Source of the DNA: a virus
Reading direction: 5' to 3' (one strand)
DNA length: 64,000 bases
Virus record (IMG/VR): IMGVR_UViG_3300034139_000007
Span: 1-64,000 of that record
This document shows, piece by piece, positions 27,825 to 37,939 of this stretch. A program made the translations under genes and the position numbers. Below the pieces are notes generated by a model. It saw nothing but the letters and a program-made list of their open reading frames with translations, did no database searches and was not told where the DNA came from. Each line of letters begins with the position of its first letter. Position 1 is the stretch's first letter.

Positions 27825-28990
27825 CAGAGGACCCTCCCTTCAGTGCCCAGCCAGGCCTTCACGGTGGCCATGCGGGGGATGCCGTCGGCGGTGAAGCCGA
27901 AGTGCTGGACGGTCGCCGACAACTGGCCGGAGCTGTCCGCCAGCAGGTCCATATTGAACTGCGACTGGCCGCCCTTGATGCCAGCCCCGAAGGTGCGGCC
28001 ATCGGGCAGGCGGAAGGTGGCGCGCTTGGCATAGCGGCTGTAGTTGCCCAGCCCAGCCTCGACACGGACCAGCGGGAACTCGTTGTCGTCGAAGACCTTG
28101 CACTTCAGGTTCGACCACGACCGCTTGCCGACCCGGTAGGCCAGGTCCAGCTTCACCATCGCGCCCTCGTAGCCATCGTCGATGAAGCGGCTGCGGTAGA
28201 CGTCCACCTCACTGGTGTCGTTGACGGGGTAGAAGGGGTTCAGGCGGACCGTGCCGCTCTGGCCGATCTCATCACCCGTGAAGAGGCCCAGGTCCATCTG
28301 CAGCATCTCCCGCCGCTCGGTGTAGGGCAGCGGAGCCACGTCCGGCGACGGATAGTCGTAGACGTGGAACTGCATGACCTTGGCGGCCTCCAGCTGCTCC
28401 GGCCCCAGGTTCTTGGTCTTCTTCAAGATCGACGACAGCTGCTCGAAGTCGTCCTTGTAGTCGTGGTTGTACAGCTCACCGTGCAGAACGGCGTCGGGGA
28501 AGTCGCGGAAGAAGGGCGAGAGGGCCGACATGATATGCGGCACCGCCACGATAGGCTGACCCTCGCGGCTCGTCAGGCCGGTGGCCTGGGCGATGCAGCA
28601 GAAGCCATCCAGCTTGGGCTCGACGAAGACGCCGGTGCCCTGCGGCGACCTGGCACTGACGCGGTCCTTGGCGACCCGCGCCACGCACTTCTCGAACGTG
28701 GTGTCGGCCCACTTCTCGGCCAGCATGGGCGCGAAGAAGCGGGGCGTGTCGATCTCGGCGATGGTCTCGAAGTACTTCCGCTTCAGCTGGTAGGTGTACC
28801 CGGCGTCGATCTCGAAGGCCGCCTGCTCTTCATCGGTGCGCTTCTGCTTGCCGACGCAGGTGGTCCATTCGGACGTGACCAGATTGCCGCCCAGGATGCC
28901 GTGGGTGGTGCGGTGCTTGTTGCCCTCCTGCTCCATGGACCAGACGAGGACTTGGCCGGGCTTGCCCCGGCGATAGAGGATGCGGCTCAC
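27824..28990 (-). CDS. ATP-dependent DNA ligase
   Basis: PMLA, PKLDG, LHGELY, YEGAMVK, GKRS..LK. Confidence 0.92.
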   Translation of the reverse strand: MSRILYRRGKPGQVLVWSMEQEGNKHRTTHGILGGNLVTSEWTTCVGKQKRTDEEQAAFEIDAGYTYQLKRKYFETIAEIDTPRFFAPMLAEKWADTTFEKCVARVAKDRVSARSPQGTGVFVEPKLDGFCCIAQATGLTSREGQPIVAVPHIMSALSPFFRDFPDAVLHGELYNHDYKDDFEQLSSILKKTKNLGPEQLEAAKVMQFHVYDYPSPDVAPLPYTERREMLQMDLGLFTGDEIGQSGTVRLNPFYPVNDTSEVDVYRSRFIDDGYEGAMVKLDLAYRVGKRSWSNLKCKVFDDNEFPLVRVEAGLGNYSRYAKRATFRLPDGRTFGAGIKGGQSQFNMDLLADSSGQLSATVQHFGFTADGIPRMATVKAWLGTEGRVL

Positions 28991-29199
28991 AGGGTGGCTC
29001 CATACTTAGCCAGCCCGTAGGCGTGGCCGATGCTGAGCGCGGCCATGCGGACGCGGCTCTCATTGCTGGCAGTGGTGTCCTCGTTGAGGGTGTCGTAGGT
29101 GCCAGCCAGCTCCTCCTCGATGGTCGACAGAATGCCGACGGTCGCGGACAGCTTGGTCTCCAGCCGAGCGTTCTCGGCGATCAACTCGTCTTTGGTCAT
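28987..29199 (-). CDS. Hypothetical protein
   Basis: GGAGG RBS, ATGA overlap. Confidence 0.65.
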   Translation of the reverse strand: MTKDELIAENARLETKLSATVGILSTIEEELAGTYDTLNEDTTASNESRVRMAALSIGHAYGLAKYGATL

Positions 29200-29396
29200 C
29201 GGAAGCCTCCCCCGAACAGGATCAACAGCGCGATGAAGTAGTAGAACCCGGCCACGCTGGAAGCGCAGGCCTCCGGCGTCAGCTCGGGGAAGCGGGGTTG
29301 CAGCAGCCAGCCTGCGCCATAGGCGATCCAGGTCAGTGCGGCGGGGAGACCGATCAAGCCTGTGAACCAGGCGCGGCCTTCTTCGGTGGTCTTCAT
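29196..29396 (-). CDS. Small two-TM membrane protein
   Basis: Two hydrophobic segments; in operon. Confidence 0.6.
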   Translation of the reverse strand: MKTTEEGRAWFTGLIGLPAALTWIAYGAGWLLQPRFPELTPEACASSVAGFYYFIALLILFGGGFR

Positions 29397-29424
29397 GGGA
29401 GAGTTTGCCCTTCTCCAGTTGATG

Positions 29425-29817
29425 TTACGAGTAGGTGTGAAAGAACTTCCTACCCTCGGTCTGCTTCCGTCGTGGGATCGAGTACTGGATGAACCAGTCG
29501 CGGTCCCGGCCTTGCATCATCTCATGGGTGCCTGCCTCGTAATCGGCACGCGCCCGCGCGATGGCGTCTTGGTACTCCCGTGGCCACAACGGGTTGTCGG
29601 CGTGGCGCACGGCGATGATGTACTGGGGGTTGGGCTTGCCAGGGGCGTGGCCCAAGTCCTCGGGTGGTGGTCGGCGTCGCGCAGGCGGGGTGGCTGGTGG
29701 GGCCATCTCCGCACCAAAGCGCGCGACGAAATCACTGTAGGGTAGGTTGAGGCGCTCCGCTACTACTTCCAGATCGCCTCCGCACTCATCGTACAGGGCT
29801 CGAACGTCAATCTTCAC
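29425..29817 (-). CDS. Hypothetical protein
   Basis: GGAGG RBS before GTG 29817 (MKIDVR). Confidence 0.65.
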   Translation of the reverse strand: MKIDVRALYDECGGDLEVVAERLNLPYSDFVARFGAEMAPPATPPARRRPPPEDLGHAPGKPNPQYIIAVRHADNPLWPREYQDAIARARADYEAGTHEMMQGRDRDWFIQYSIPRRKQTEGRKFFHTYS

Positions 29818-31885
29818 TAAATCCTCCAAGCCGGATGTGATGCGGCGCATCCACCTGCTTATGCGAAACCAGCAAGACTTGGGAGACCCTTTCTTCCAAC
29901 ATTCGAAGAACGCTGGAAGTTTGTTCGGCACGGAAGTCATCCATGCTGTCGTCGATTTCATCAGCGAGCATGATGCTGATGACCCGATTAGTGAGAACCT
30001 GGCCCAGAGCGATCCTTAACGAAAGGTTAGCGCAAGCCTTGCCCGAGCCGGATAGAGTATCGAGGTCCTGGTTATCGACCTGGACGTTGAACTCATCATC
30101 GACGTTGACCAGGTTGCGCTGGCCTCCAGTCATCTGACGGAGCAGCTGACTTGCCACCGTGTTGAGCGACGGCAGGACATGCTGTTTGATCAGGCCACGG
30201 AGGACCGCCATCACTTCGCGCACCTTCCGGTGCTCTTCAGCATTGGTCTGGATTTCACCAACGACGCGGACGCCCTCGACATAGGCATCCTTGACCTGAT
30301 CGTAGCGATCACGGGCGGCCTCGTATTGCTTCGAGGTCTCCAGCTCCACGGCCAGAGCCTGATACCGCTCCACCGCACCATCCAGCTGGCCCTTGCGGGT
30401 CATCTTCTCGGTGCGGTCGGTCAGCCAGGCCTCGTAGCCACGGGTCTGGTTCTGCCACGTCTCCAGGTTGGCCTCGTACTGGCGGCGGTCGGCCAACATG
30501 GCCTCGTAGTCCGCCATGTCGGCGAACTTTTTCTCGGCCACGGCCAGCTCGGACGCCAGAGCCACGCGCTGCACGGCCTGATCGATCATCCGACGGTAGG
30601 TGTCGATCTCACGCTCGGCCAGATCCGGCTTGGCGACGGGGGCCATCGCATCGAAGGCGTCCCACCGCTCGGCCTGGAAATCTTCCCACGCCTTCTGCAT
30701 GCGGTCGATCTGGGCCGAAGACATAGACGGCGCGTCCGGCTTCGGCATGGACGGCTGTTCCAGCAACGCCTCGGCGGCGATCAGCTCCTCCTTCAGGCGC
30801 GCGGCATGATCCGCGTGCAGCGCGAACGACGCCTTGCACTCGGGGCAGTCGATCTTCTCGACCCCGGCCAGTGCCGTGCGCAGCCGCTCCACCTCGGCCA
30901 GCTGGTTCTCGTAGTGGCCCCATTCATCGCGGTCGGACCAGCGTACTTCCATGATCGTCAGATCGACCACAGAGATGGCCGGCGGTGCATTGCTGGCCGC
31001 CCACCGCGCCTCGGCATCGTAGGCGTGGAAGGCGGTCCACGCCGCCTGCACCTGGTCCAGCAGCGCGTTGGTGAACGGAGCCGTCTCCGGCAGGGCGTTG
31101 ACCTGTGCGCGCAGCGTGGCGACCCGCTCGCGGGCAGCGCCGCGCTTCTCGGCGAGGCTGATAAGGTTCGCTGCTGGGAGATCGACCTTGGTGGTCGGCT
31201 TCTCCGGCTTGGCAGGCTGCGGCGCGGCCAGCCAGCCCTCGACAGAGGCCAGCTCCATGGCCTCCTTCTGGCGTTCCTCGACCTGCCCGACCAGCTTGGA
31301 CGATGGCACCCAGTCGTCGGGCTTCTCGGGCGGTGCGCCGGGCGGCGTCAGCCGCTCCATCATACCTTCCGCCTGCCGTTCCAGGGCCTTGGCCTCCTCG
31401 AGCGCCCACTTGGCCACCAGGTCTAGGGCGTTGAGCCCCAGGACGCTGTCGACCATGGCCTTGCGGGCCGTGGGGGTCATGCTGCCCAGCTTGCCGACCT
31501 CACCCTGATTGATCGAGCAGGCGATGTCGAAGACCGTCAGGTTGAAGCCCAGCTCCTCGATGACCTTGGCGTTGACCGGCTTGGTGCCAGTGGCCACGGT
31601 CACGTCGTTGCGCTTCATCGTGGCCCCGCGCGTGTTGCGCTCGATCTCGATGATATTGCCCTTGATGACGAACTCGCCCTTCACCGCCAGTGACTTGTAG
31701 TCGTCGGACTTGCCGCGCAGCACGGCGACCCCGAACAACAGGTACCGGGCCATCTCGAAGATCATGGACTTGCCACTCTCGTTCGGGCCGGTGATGGCGG
31801 TGAAGCCTTCCACGAACGACAGATCAGCGGACAGGGTCCGGCCAGTCGTGGGGAAGGTGACGGAGTACTTCAGCTTACGGAGCAT
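29807..31885 (-). CDS. SbcC/Rad50-like ATPase
   Basis: GPNESGKS Walker A, CPEC zinc hook, LSGSG signature, LADEIDD, SH. Confidence 0.9.
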   Translation of the reverse strand: MLRKLKYSVTFPTTGRTLSADLSFVEGFTAITGPNESGKSMIFEMARYLLFGVAVLRGKSDDYKSLAVKGEFVIKGNIIEIERNTRGATMKRNDVTVATGTKPVNAKVIEELGFNLTVFDIACSINQGEVGKLGSMTPTARKAMVDSVLGLNALDLVAKWALEEAKALERQAEGMMERLTPPGAPPEKPDDWVPSSKLVGQVEERQKEAMELASVEGWLAAPQPAKPEKPTTKVDLPAANLISLAEKRGAARERVATLRAQVNALPETAPFTNALLDQVQAAWTAFHAYDAEARWAASNAPPAISVVDLTIMEVRWSDRDEWGHYENQLAEVERLRTALAGVEKIDCPECKASFALHADHAARLKEELIAAEALLEQPSMPKPDAPSMSSAQIDRMQKAWEDFQAERWDAFDAMAPVAKPDLAEREIDTYRRMIDQAVQRVALASELAVAEKKFADMADYEAMLADRRQYEANLETWQNQTRGYEAWLTDRTEKMTRKGQLDGAVERYQALAVELETSKQYEAARDRYDQVKDAYVEGVRVVGEIQTNAEEHRKVREVMAVLRGLIKQHVLPSLNTVASQLLRQMTGGQRNLVNVDDEFNVQVDNQDLDTLSGSGKACANLSLRIALGQVLTNRVISIMLADEIDDSMDDFRAEQTSSVLRMLEERVSQVLLVSHKQVDAPHHIRLGGFSED

Positions 31886-32087
31886 TGAGGCGGCCCTTGA
31901 TCTTTTCGAACAGCTTCCAGACCTCGTCGGCCCGGTGCTGATTGCTCGTGCCCCAGGCACGCAGGGAGTTGGTCTGGGCGGCCATCAGCATCTCCCGCAG
32001 CAGGCTGCGTTCGGTGTTGCTGATGTCCTCCAGACTATTGACGCAGTAGCTTAGAAACCCGACGGCGACTGTTGGGTCAGCCGACAT
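31875..32087 (-). CDS. Hypothetical protein
   Basis: GAGG RBS; between sbcD-like and sbcC-like genes. Confidence 0.6.
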   Translation of the reverse strand: MSADPTVAVGFLSYCVNSLEDISNTERSLLREMLMAAQTNSLRAWGTSNQHRADEVWKLFEKIKGRLNAP

Positions 32088-33063
32088 TCTGGTCGTCCTC
32101 GTGCAGACGGTGTTCCTTCAGGCGGTCTCGCATGGCGGCGTCGACGGCGGGGGCCAGTCCGACCTGCTCGATGGCGCGACCCAGGAGCTGGTCGAAGTCA
32201 AAGGCCTCGAACTCAACATCCAGCGCCATAGCCTCCTCCTCCTGACCATCCCTGATCTGAGTGAGCTGGAGGCAATCAACCTGTACATCGAGACGTTCAC
32301 CCGGCTGGAGACGGACCCGCAGATGCTTGTCCTGGAAGGCGTCCAGGTTGGCAAGGACGAAGGCCAGATCTCTGGTGACGTAGAAGCGTTCATCAGCGTC
32401 CTGGCTGTGGTCCAGCGGCTGCATGGAGCCTGTCACCTCGACCGGCAGGCCGTCGATGATCATGTCGCGCTTGTTGTGGTCGTGGCCGGTCACGGCCTGC
32501 TTGACGCCCAGCGCCTCCAGGGTGGCCGCGGGGATGTAGTTGGTGCTCTCGGCCTGTCGTGCATCGACGTCCCAGTGGCCATAGATCACGTCGGCACCAC
32601 GGACCAGCTCGTCGTGCAGGACGATCATCTCACCAGCGGTGTGGACGGGGTGCCATGGCATGAAGACGTGCTGCTCGCTGCCGATCACCAGCATGAACGG
32701 CTCGTCGGCGGCGATCATGACGGCCTCACCCACGATGGCGGTGAAGATCCTGAAGGCCGTGACCTTCTCGGCATCGCGGCTGGCGTCGTGGTTGCCCCGG
32801 TACAGGATGTAGGTGCAATGAGGATTGGCCTCGACCGCTGCGAGATAGGCCATGGCTGCGCGCCAGATGGTACCGTAGGGCACGATGGCCTCGTCGAACA
32901 GGTCGCCGACCTGGACGTGGTGCGTGACGCCCTCGACGTCCATCAGGTTGGCTTCGAACTCTGCCCACTGCATCGCCTCGCGGTCCCCGCGACGGCCCAG
33001 TGAGACCCCGTTCTTCCAGCGTTTGCCGAGGTGAACGTCACCTAGTTTCTTGATCTTGGTCAT
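32077..33063 (-). CDS. SbcD/Mre11-like metallophosphoesterase nuclease
   Basis: GDVHLG, GDLFD, GNHD, GH, GHDH. Confidence 0.9.
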   Translation of the reverse strand: MTKIKKLGDVHLGKRWKNGVSLGRRGDREAMQWAEFEANLMDVEGVTHHVQVGDLFDEAIVPYGTIWRAAMAYLAAVEANPHCTYILYRGNHDASRDAEKVTAFRIFTAIVGEAVMIAADEPFMLVIGSEQHVFMPWHPVHTAGEMIVLHDELVRGADVIYGHWDVDARQAESTNYIPAATLEALGVKQAVTGHDHNKRDMIIDGLPVEVTGSMQPLDHSQDADERFYVTRDLAFVLANLDAFQDKHLRVRLQPGERLDVQVDCLQLTQIRDGQEEEAMALDVEFEAFDFDQLLGRAIEQVGLAPAVDAAMRDRLKEHRLHEDDQNVG

Positions 33064-33082
33064 GGTCCTGCCCTTGGTCGGT

Positions 33083-33111
33083 AGAAAGGCCGGTCCGTCG
33101 CCGGACCGGCC
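33083..33111 (-). terminator. Rho-independent terminator
   Basis: 10-bp stem GGCCGGTCCG/CGGACCGGCC then TTTCT on - strand. Confidence 0.7.
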
Positions 33112-33119
33112 CATGGTTG

Positions 33120-33578
33120 TTAAACCAGCTTCAGATACAGCACGGTGATGATCGACCGTGCATCGAAGTCGCCGCCGTAGTGGCGCTTCAGGTCGTCATG
33201 AAGCAGCTCGGCGGCGACGGGGCCATGCTGGCCGTACTCGTGGTTGTCGGCGGCCAGAGCCTTCATGCGATCCCAGGTGCCGCTGTGGATGCTGACCACC
33301 TCGGCCTCGACGACCTCGTATTCAGCATCCTCGGTCTTGGCCAGCTTGACCGTGTCGCCGATCTCGACGCGCTCGGCCCACTTCTTGCCGACGCGGAAGG
33401 TGTTGAACACGTCGCCCTTCTTCTTGCGGGGCTGGGGCGGGTTGGTGAACAGCATGACGCCGTCCTTCACGCCGCGCTCGGCCTTCTTGGCCGGTGCGGG
33501 GGTCTCGACCTTGGGCTCGGGGCCAGGGTCACCGACGGTCTTGTCGATCACGGGGGTCTTGGCGTTGGAGTTAGGCAT
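33120..33578 (-). CDS. ASCH/PUA-like domain protein
   Basis: FNTFRVG.KW..VEIGDTVKL pattern. Confidence 0.45.
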   Translation of the reverse strand: MPNSNAKTPVIDKTVGDPGPEPKVETPAPAKKAERGVKDGVMLFTNPPQPRKKKGDVFNTFRVGKKWAERVEIGDTVKLAKTEDAEYEVVEAEVVSIHSGTWDRMKALAADNHEYGQHGPVAAELLHDDLKRHYGGDFDARSIITVLYLKLV

Positions 33579-34158
33579 CGGGGTCTTCCTTCTTGGGCTC
33601 AACGGCGAACTTCGCCTTCGCGGTCAGGGCGACCGCAATCTGGTGTAACGTATCATCAAGCGCATGGTGCTCGCGACCGACGAATGGAACCTGCTTATCA
33701 AAGGCGGGAGCTGATGGGTCCATCCGCATCCCCCTGATAAAGCTCTGCATATCGATGCAGTCCCGGAAGAAGAACGGGTTGTCGACACCGGCGTCCTTGA
33801 AGCAGCTCTCGATGAACGGCCACTCGAAGCTGATCGGCTTGGCCCACAGGCGGGGCTGCTCCAGCGCACCCGTCACGCGGCGCACCCACTGCTGGTAGCG
33901 ATACATGCCCTCGCCCAGGCTGACAGGGTCCTCGGTGGCCAGCCGGAAGGTCTCCGGGTCCTGCTTGTGCCACCAACCGCGCGTGTCCTCGCACCAGCTG
34001 CGCCAGGGTGGCATCTCCATGGTGACGTAGAAGGTGTCGGGGCAGACGGTGCCCTCGGCGTAGTTGAACGCCACGCCGGCCAGGGAGAGCATGGCGTTGC
34101 GGTCGGGTCGGGTGCCGGTCGTCTCGATGTCCGACATGATGTCGTAGAATGCAGTCAT
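33571..34158 (-). CDS. DEDDh 3'-5' exonuclease (Rv2179c-like)
   Basis: DIETTG, T..WW..Q, WA.P.SF, RD..D, HHALDD. Confidence 0.85.
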   Translation of the reverse strand: MTAFYDIMSDIETTGTRPDRNAMLSLAGVAFNYAEGTVCPDTFYVTMEMPPWRSWCEDTRGWWHKQDPETFRLATEDPVSLGEGMYRYQQWVRRVTGALEQPRLWAKPISFEWPFIESCFKDAGVDNPFFFRDCIDMQSFIRGMRMDPSAPAFDKQVPFVGREHHALDDTLHQIAVALTAKAKFAVEPKKEDPDA

Positions 34159-34610
34159 GGAACCCACTGGCTGTTGGCCCGACGCAGGAAGTCGAGCGCG
34201 AGAGATGAGGCCCCGTCAGTCTGGGCCTGCTGGACCAGCGCGTAGGGGAAGCGGAACCACTCGTCGGTCGACAGGTGGTGGTAGTAGACCCAGTAGCCGC
34301 CACCCGCCGAGACGGTCTGGCTGGCGGCTGACTTCTGCCCCGGCTTCAGGAGCTTGAAATCGAACCGGTCGTGGGTCGCGGTAGAGGACTTCACTTCGGC
34401 CAAGAACATCACGCCGTCAAGTACTACTAGACGATCTGCGGGCTGGGCCTTGATGTTCACGAAGCCGCCCTTCCCGACACGCCCCTGGTTCATGCCTGTC
34501 GCCTCGGAGGCGTCAGTGAAGGCATGGACGTAGGCTCGCTTGCCGAGCAGGGCGAAGTGCTGGTCGAAGATCCGTTCCGACGGCTTGCCGGTGTTCTTAG
34601 AACTCGACAT
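34155..34610 (-). CDS. PD-(D/E)xK nuclease, putative Holliday junction resolvase
   Basis: SE..F, QPAD, LAEVKS, Q. Confidence 0.7.
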   Translation of the reverse strand: MSSSKNTGKPSERIFDQHFALLGKRAYVHAFTDASEATGMNQGRVGKGGFVNIKAQPADRLVVLDGVMFLAEVKSSTATHDRFDFKLLKPGQKSAASQTVSAGGGYWVYYHHLSTDEWFRFPYALVQQAQTDGASSLALDFLRRANSQWVP

Positions 34611-34899
34611 CTGGCATCCCCGTCGCAAGAAACGCACCCGGCTTCAGGCTGATGACCTGGGCGGTGGGCTGGGGCACGACACGGACGATGGTCCACGCCT
34701 TGTCCCAGTGCATCCCGGCCTCCTCGGTGGTCTCCAGGAAGGCCTTGGGGTACTTGCCCGGTTCGAGGAACTCGACCCGCATCTCTGCGGGCTCGTTCTT
34801 CTCTCCGTCCCAGCGCCACAGGATGCCGTAGCAGAAGTCCTGGCCCCTCTTCGCAGCGTCGGCCTTGATGCCCTCGATATGGTCAGCGATGGTGGTCAT
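34597..34899 (-). CDS. Hypothetical protein
   Basis: GAGG RBS, ATGA overlap with pol stop. Confidence 0.65.
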   Translation of the reverse strand: MTTIADHIEGIKADAAKRGQDFCYGILWRWDGEKNEPAEMRVEFLEPGKYPKAFLETTEEAGMHWDKAWTIVRVVPQPTAQVISLKPGAFLATGMPDVEF

Positions 34900-37655
34900 G
34901 CGGCCTGCCTCTGGTGCATCAGGAAGTCGACGACCTGACGGGTCTGGTCGTCATTCAGACGTCCGCCCCAGACGCTCTCGGGCAGGAAGTCCAGCTTGGG
35001 TGCTTCGAACAGCTCGATCTGGCCGATCTGACCAGCCAGAGGGTTGTCAGGGTTCCAGGGTTCGAACGTCAGGCCGACCGCCGGGGTGGCGTCCAGCTTG
35101 AGGGTCGGGAAGATGTCGTTGTGGGACATCATGACCTGGCGGGCCAGGGTGATGAACTCGGCGACCAGGTCCTTGTGGACCGACCAGACCTTCTCATCGT
35201 GCACCGGGATCTTGAAGTTAGCCTCCCGCTTCGTCCAGCCCATCTCCTTGATGATGGCCTTCAGCCGCAGGATCGACCGCTTGATGACGAAGGCGTTCGT
35301 GCCCTGCACCATGGCGTTCACAGCCTGGTTCTTCGCCCGCTTGTTGATGCGACGGGCGATCTCGTGGACGATGGGGCGCAGCTCGACGACGTCGGGCCAC
35401 TTGGCCTTGAAGACCTGCATCCACTCTTCCGTGGCCTCGTAGCGGAACCGGCGGTGGCCGTCCGGCAGCTCGACATAGCCGTAGATCTCGGCGTGCTGGA
35501 TGGTGTCCATGCGCCACTGCTCCGCACCCCAGAAGCGGTTCCGATAGAACTCGGTCGCCTCCCCGGTGCGCTGCAGACCCCAGCCCATGCGCTGCCCGAC
35601 AGTGGTCAGGAAGCCCGAGTACCAGTAGTTGAAGTTCGCGCCCTTGCCGATCTCGGTCCGCCAGTACTTGGCGGCCTTGGCACCGGTCATGCTCTCGCCC
35701 TTCAGGTTGGTGAACATCCGGTCCCGCTCGTAGGGCTTGCAGCCGTACTCCTTCATGAAGTCGTCGGGGTTCTGGTAGTTCTTCAGGGTCTTGAAGATCT
35801 CCTCCGTCATCCATGGAAGTTCGGCCCGGAAGATGTCCGCCGCCGCACCCAGGTGCATATCCTGGTGGGGCAGCTGACCGAAGGCCCGGTGGAACTCCTC
35901 GTCCTTGGACAGCTCGCCGATGATGACCAGCTCGAAGGCCGACCAATCGAGCGAGACCAGGATGTGGTCGTCATAGTCCGGCAGGAAGAAGCCCCGGACG
36001 TAGGTGCTCTCGCCACGCTTGGCCAGCTGCATCAGGTTCGGGGTGGAGCCAGCCAGACGGCGGGTGTTCAGCAGGCAGTTGACGGTCGGGTACATCCGAT
36101 CCGTCTCCGGGTCGGTCAGCATCGTGTAAGGCGTCAGGTACAGCTTCATGCGCTGCTCGACGCCGGCCATGGCCGTCATGATCTCGATGACCTTGAGCTT
36201 GGCCTCGGCGTTGTCGACCTGGGACTGCTTGATCCAGTCCTGGATCTTGCCTCGGGCCTCGCCGTCCGACTGGATCGCGCCCTTGTCGAACATCATCTTG
36301 GCGCGCATCAGGTCGTACAGCAGGACCCGCACCGGCATGTAGTGGGTGATCGACAGCTCCGGCTTGGCCTTGCCCTTCAGCTCGAAGCCACGGGCCTCCA
36401 GGTGCCAGGCGTTGCCGACCGGCGAGGAGACCTGCATGCACTGCGTCAGGTCGTCGTCGCTGTCGGGCATGTTGGCCCAATCGGACCACTTTTTGCGGTA
36501 CTTGTGGTAGCCGCAGGCGGCGTCCGGCTTCTCGGGATTGAAGTACCAGTCCTGCCGCTTGGCCAGCTCGCGCTCCGGGCCATCGGCAGAGGGCAGTAGG
36601 GCACGGATGGCGGGCTTCAGGTCACGCAGCAGCTTGGCGAACTCGATGCGCTCCAGCGCGCGGCGCTCGTCGATGGCGGGCTTGTTGACCCGCATGCCGT
36701 CGGTCCAGATCTCCGAGAAGACGTGGACCATAGGGTTCTCTTGCTCGAAGAAAGTCCCCAGCGCGTTCGGGCTGTTGCGGGCCAGCTCCTGCATCAGCAC
36801 ATGGAACAGGGGGATCACCCAGTAGGCGTCCTCCGCACCGTAGTCCGACACCTCGTCGCCGGACAGCATGCCCATGTGGGCGTTACCATCCATGGTCTCC
36901 TCGAAGGTCGACATGTCGTAGCCGAAGAACTTCTTCACCAGCTTCTTCAGGCCGTGGCCGTAGGCCATGTCATAGACGTAGCCGTTGTAGGAGCCGTCGC
37001 TGTCGGCGGTCTTGGACGTGATCTTGCCGATGATTTCGTCGACCTTGCGGCTGAACCGACGGTCCTGCTCGTCCTCGTCGTCGGGGACCAGGTCCTGGGG
37101 CGTCGTCTCCAGCGCGGCCATCATCAGCGGGTGGACGTGGCGCTGCAGCTCGCCCAGCGGGGCCTTCCAGAACTCGTTCTTGTCGTAGTTGTCGTCACCG
37201 AAGGCCGACACCGACATCTGCATGGTGCAGACGATGTTGTTCAGAGGGTAGTCGAAGCAGGAGGCGAAAGCCGTCAGCTCGTAGGTGGCGTTGTGAGCGA
37301 CCCACAGCACGCCCTCGGGCTTGGCGTCGAGGATCGGCTGGACGTCGGCCCAGGTCAGGCGGTTGGCGACGTCGGAGTGGCCCAGGTTGAAGTACCAGGC
37401 TACGTCGTGGCCCTCGGGGTAGAGCGAGAAGCCGGTCATCACGGTGCGACGCATGTCGAACACCAGCTTCTTGTTCTTAGCCTTGTGGCGGGTCTCCTCG
37501 TTGACCTTCATGAAGGCGTTGAGGCCGTCGTGCCGGGCGTCGTCCTGCGTCTCGCAGTCGATGCCGAGCAGGGTGGTGCAGGCCTGGATGGCGGCCAGCA
37601 CGCGGGGCAACTCGGTCTGGAAGTTGCGACGGTCGATCAGGGTGGTGCGGATCAC
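34896..37655 (-). CDS. Family A DNA polymerase with 3'-5' exonuclease domain
   Basis: DCET, HNATYE, YGAED; TRRLAGSTPNLMQ; DWSAFEL; R..GKGANF; NAMVQG; VHDE. Confidence 0.95.
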   Translation of the reverse strand: MIRTTLIDRRNFQTELPRVLAAIQACTTLLGIDCETQDDARHDGLNAFMKVNEETRHKAKNKKLVFDMRRTVMTGFSLYPEGHDVAWYFNLGHSDVANRLTWADVQPILDAKPEGVLWVAHNATYELTAFASCFDYPLNNIVCTMQMSVSAFGDDNYDKNEFWKAPLGELQRHVHPLMMAALETTPQDLVPDDEDEQDRRFSRKVDEIIGKITSKTADSDGSYNGYVYDMAYGHGLKKLVKKFFGYDMSTFEETMDGNAHMGMLSGDEVSDYGAEDAYWVIPLFHVLMQELARNSPNALGTFFEQENPMVHVFSEIWTDGMRVNKPAIDERRALERIEFAKLLRDLKPAIRALLPSADGPERELAKRQDWYFNPEKPDAACGYHKYRKKWSDWANMPDSDDDLTQCMQVSSPVGNAWHLEARGFELKGKAKPELSITHYMPVRVLLYDLMRAKMMFDKGAIQSDGEARGKIQDWIKQSQVDNAEAKLKVIEIMTAMAGVEQRMKLYLTPYTMLTDPETDRMYPTVNCLLNTRRLAGSTPNLMQLAKRGESTYVRGFFLPDYDDHILVSLDWSAFELVIIGELSKDEEFHRAFGQLPHQDMHLGAAADIFRAELPWMTEEIFKTLKNYQNPDDFMKEYGCKPYERDRMFTNLKGESMTGAKAAKYWRTEIGKGANFNYWYSGFLTTVGQRMGWGLQRTGEATEFYRNRFWGAEQWRMDTIQHAEIYGYVELPDGHRRFRYEATEEWMQVFKAKWPDVVELRPIVHEIARRINKRAKNQAVNAMVQGTNAFVIKRSILRLKAIIKEMGWTKREANFKIPVHDEKVWSVHKDLVAEFITLARQVMMSHNDIFPTLKLDATPAVGLTFEPWNPDNPLAGQIGQIELFEAPKLDFLPESVWGGRLNDDQTRQVVDFLMHQRQAA

Positions 37656-37939
37656 TTGGTCTGTGCCTTCTTGGCTGCGGCGATGGCCCGGTTCAGGTTG
37701 GCCAGCTTGCGGTCATCACCCCGCATGCGCTTCCTCGCCTTGTTGCGCTCGATCTCGATGCGGAGGGACGACATGCCCGGCTCGATGGGCATGGTGACGC
37801 CGCGGATCGTCTGGTAGCGGACCTCGTCTGGCTGGCCCGCCACCTTCAAGAAGTCCTCGTCAGGGTGGCGCTGGTAGATCCCGTCGCGGTCGAAGCCAGG
37901 GATGAGGCGGTAATCAGTCACAGCATATACTCCGAGCAA
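37652..37939 (-). CDS. Hypothetical basic protein
   Basis: In operon; likely GTG start at 37921. Confidence 0.6.
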   Translation of the reverse strand: MLGVYAVTDYRLIPGFDRDGIYQRHPDEDFLKVAGQPDEVRYQTIRGVTMPIEPGMSSLRIEIERNKARKRMRGDDRKLANLNRAIAAAKKAQTK

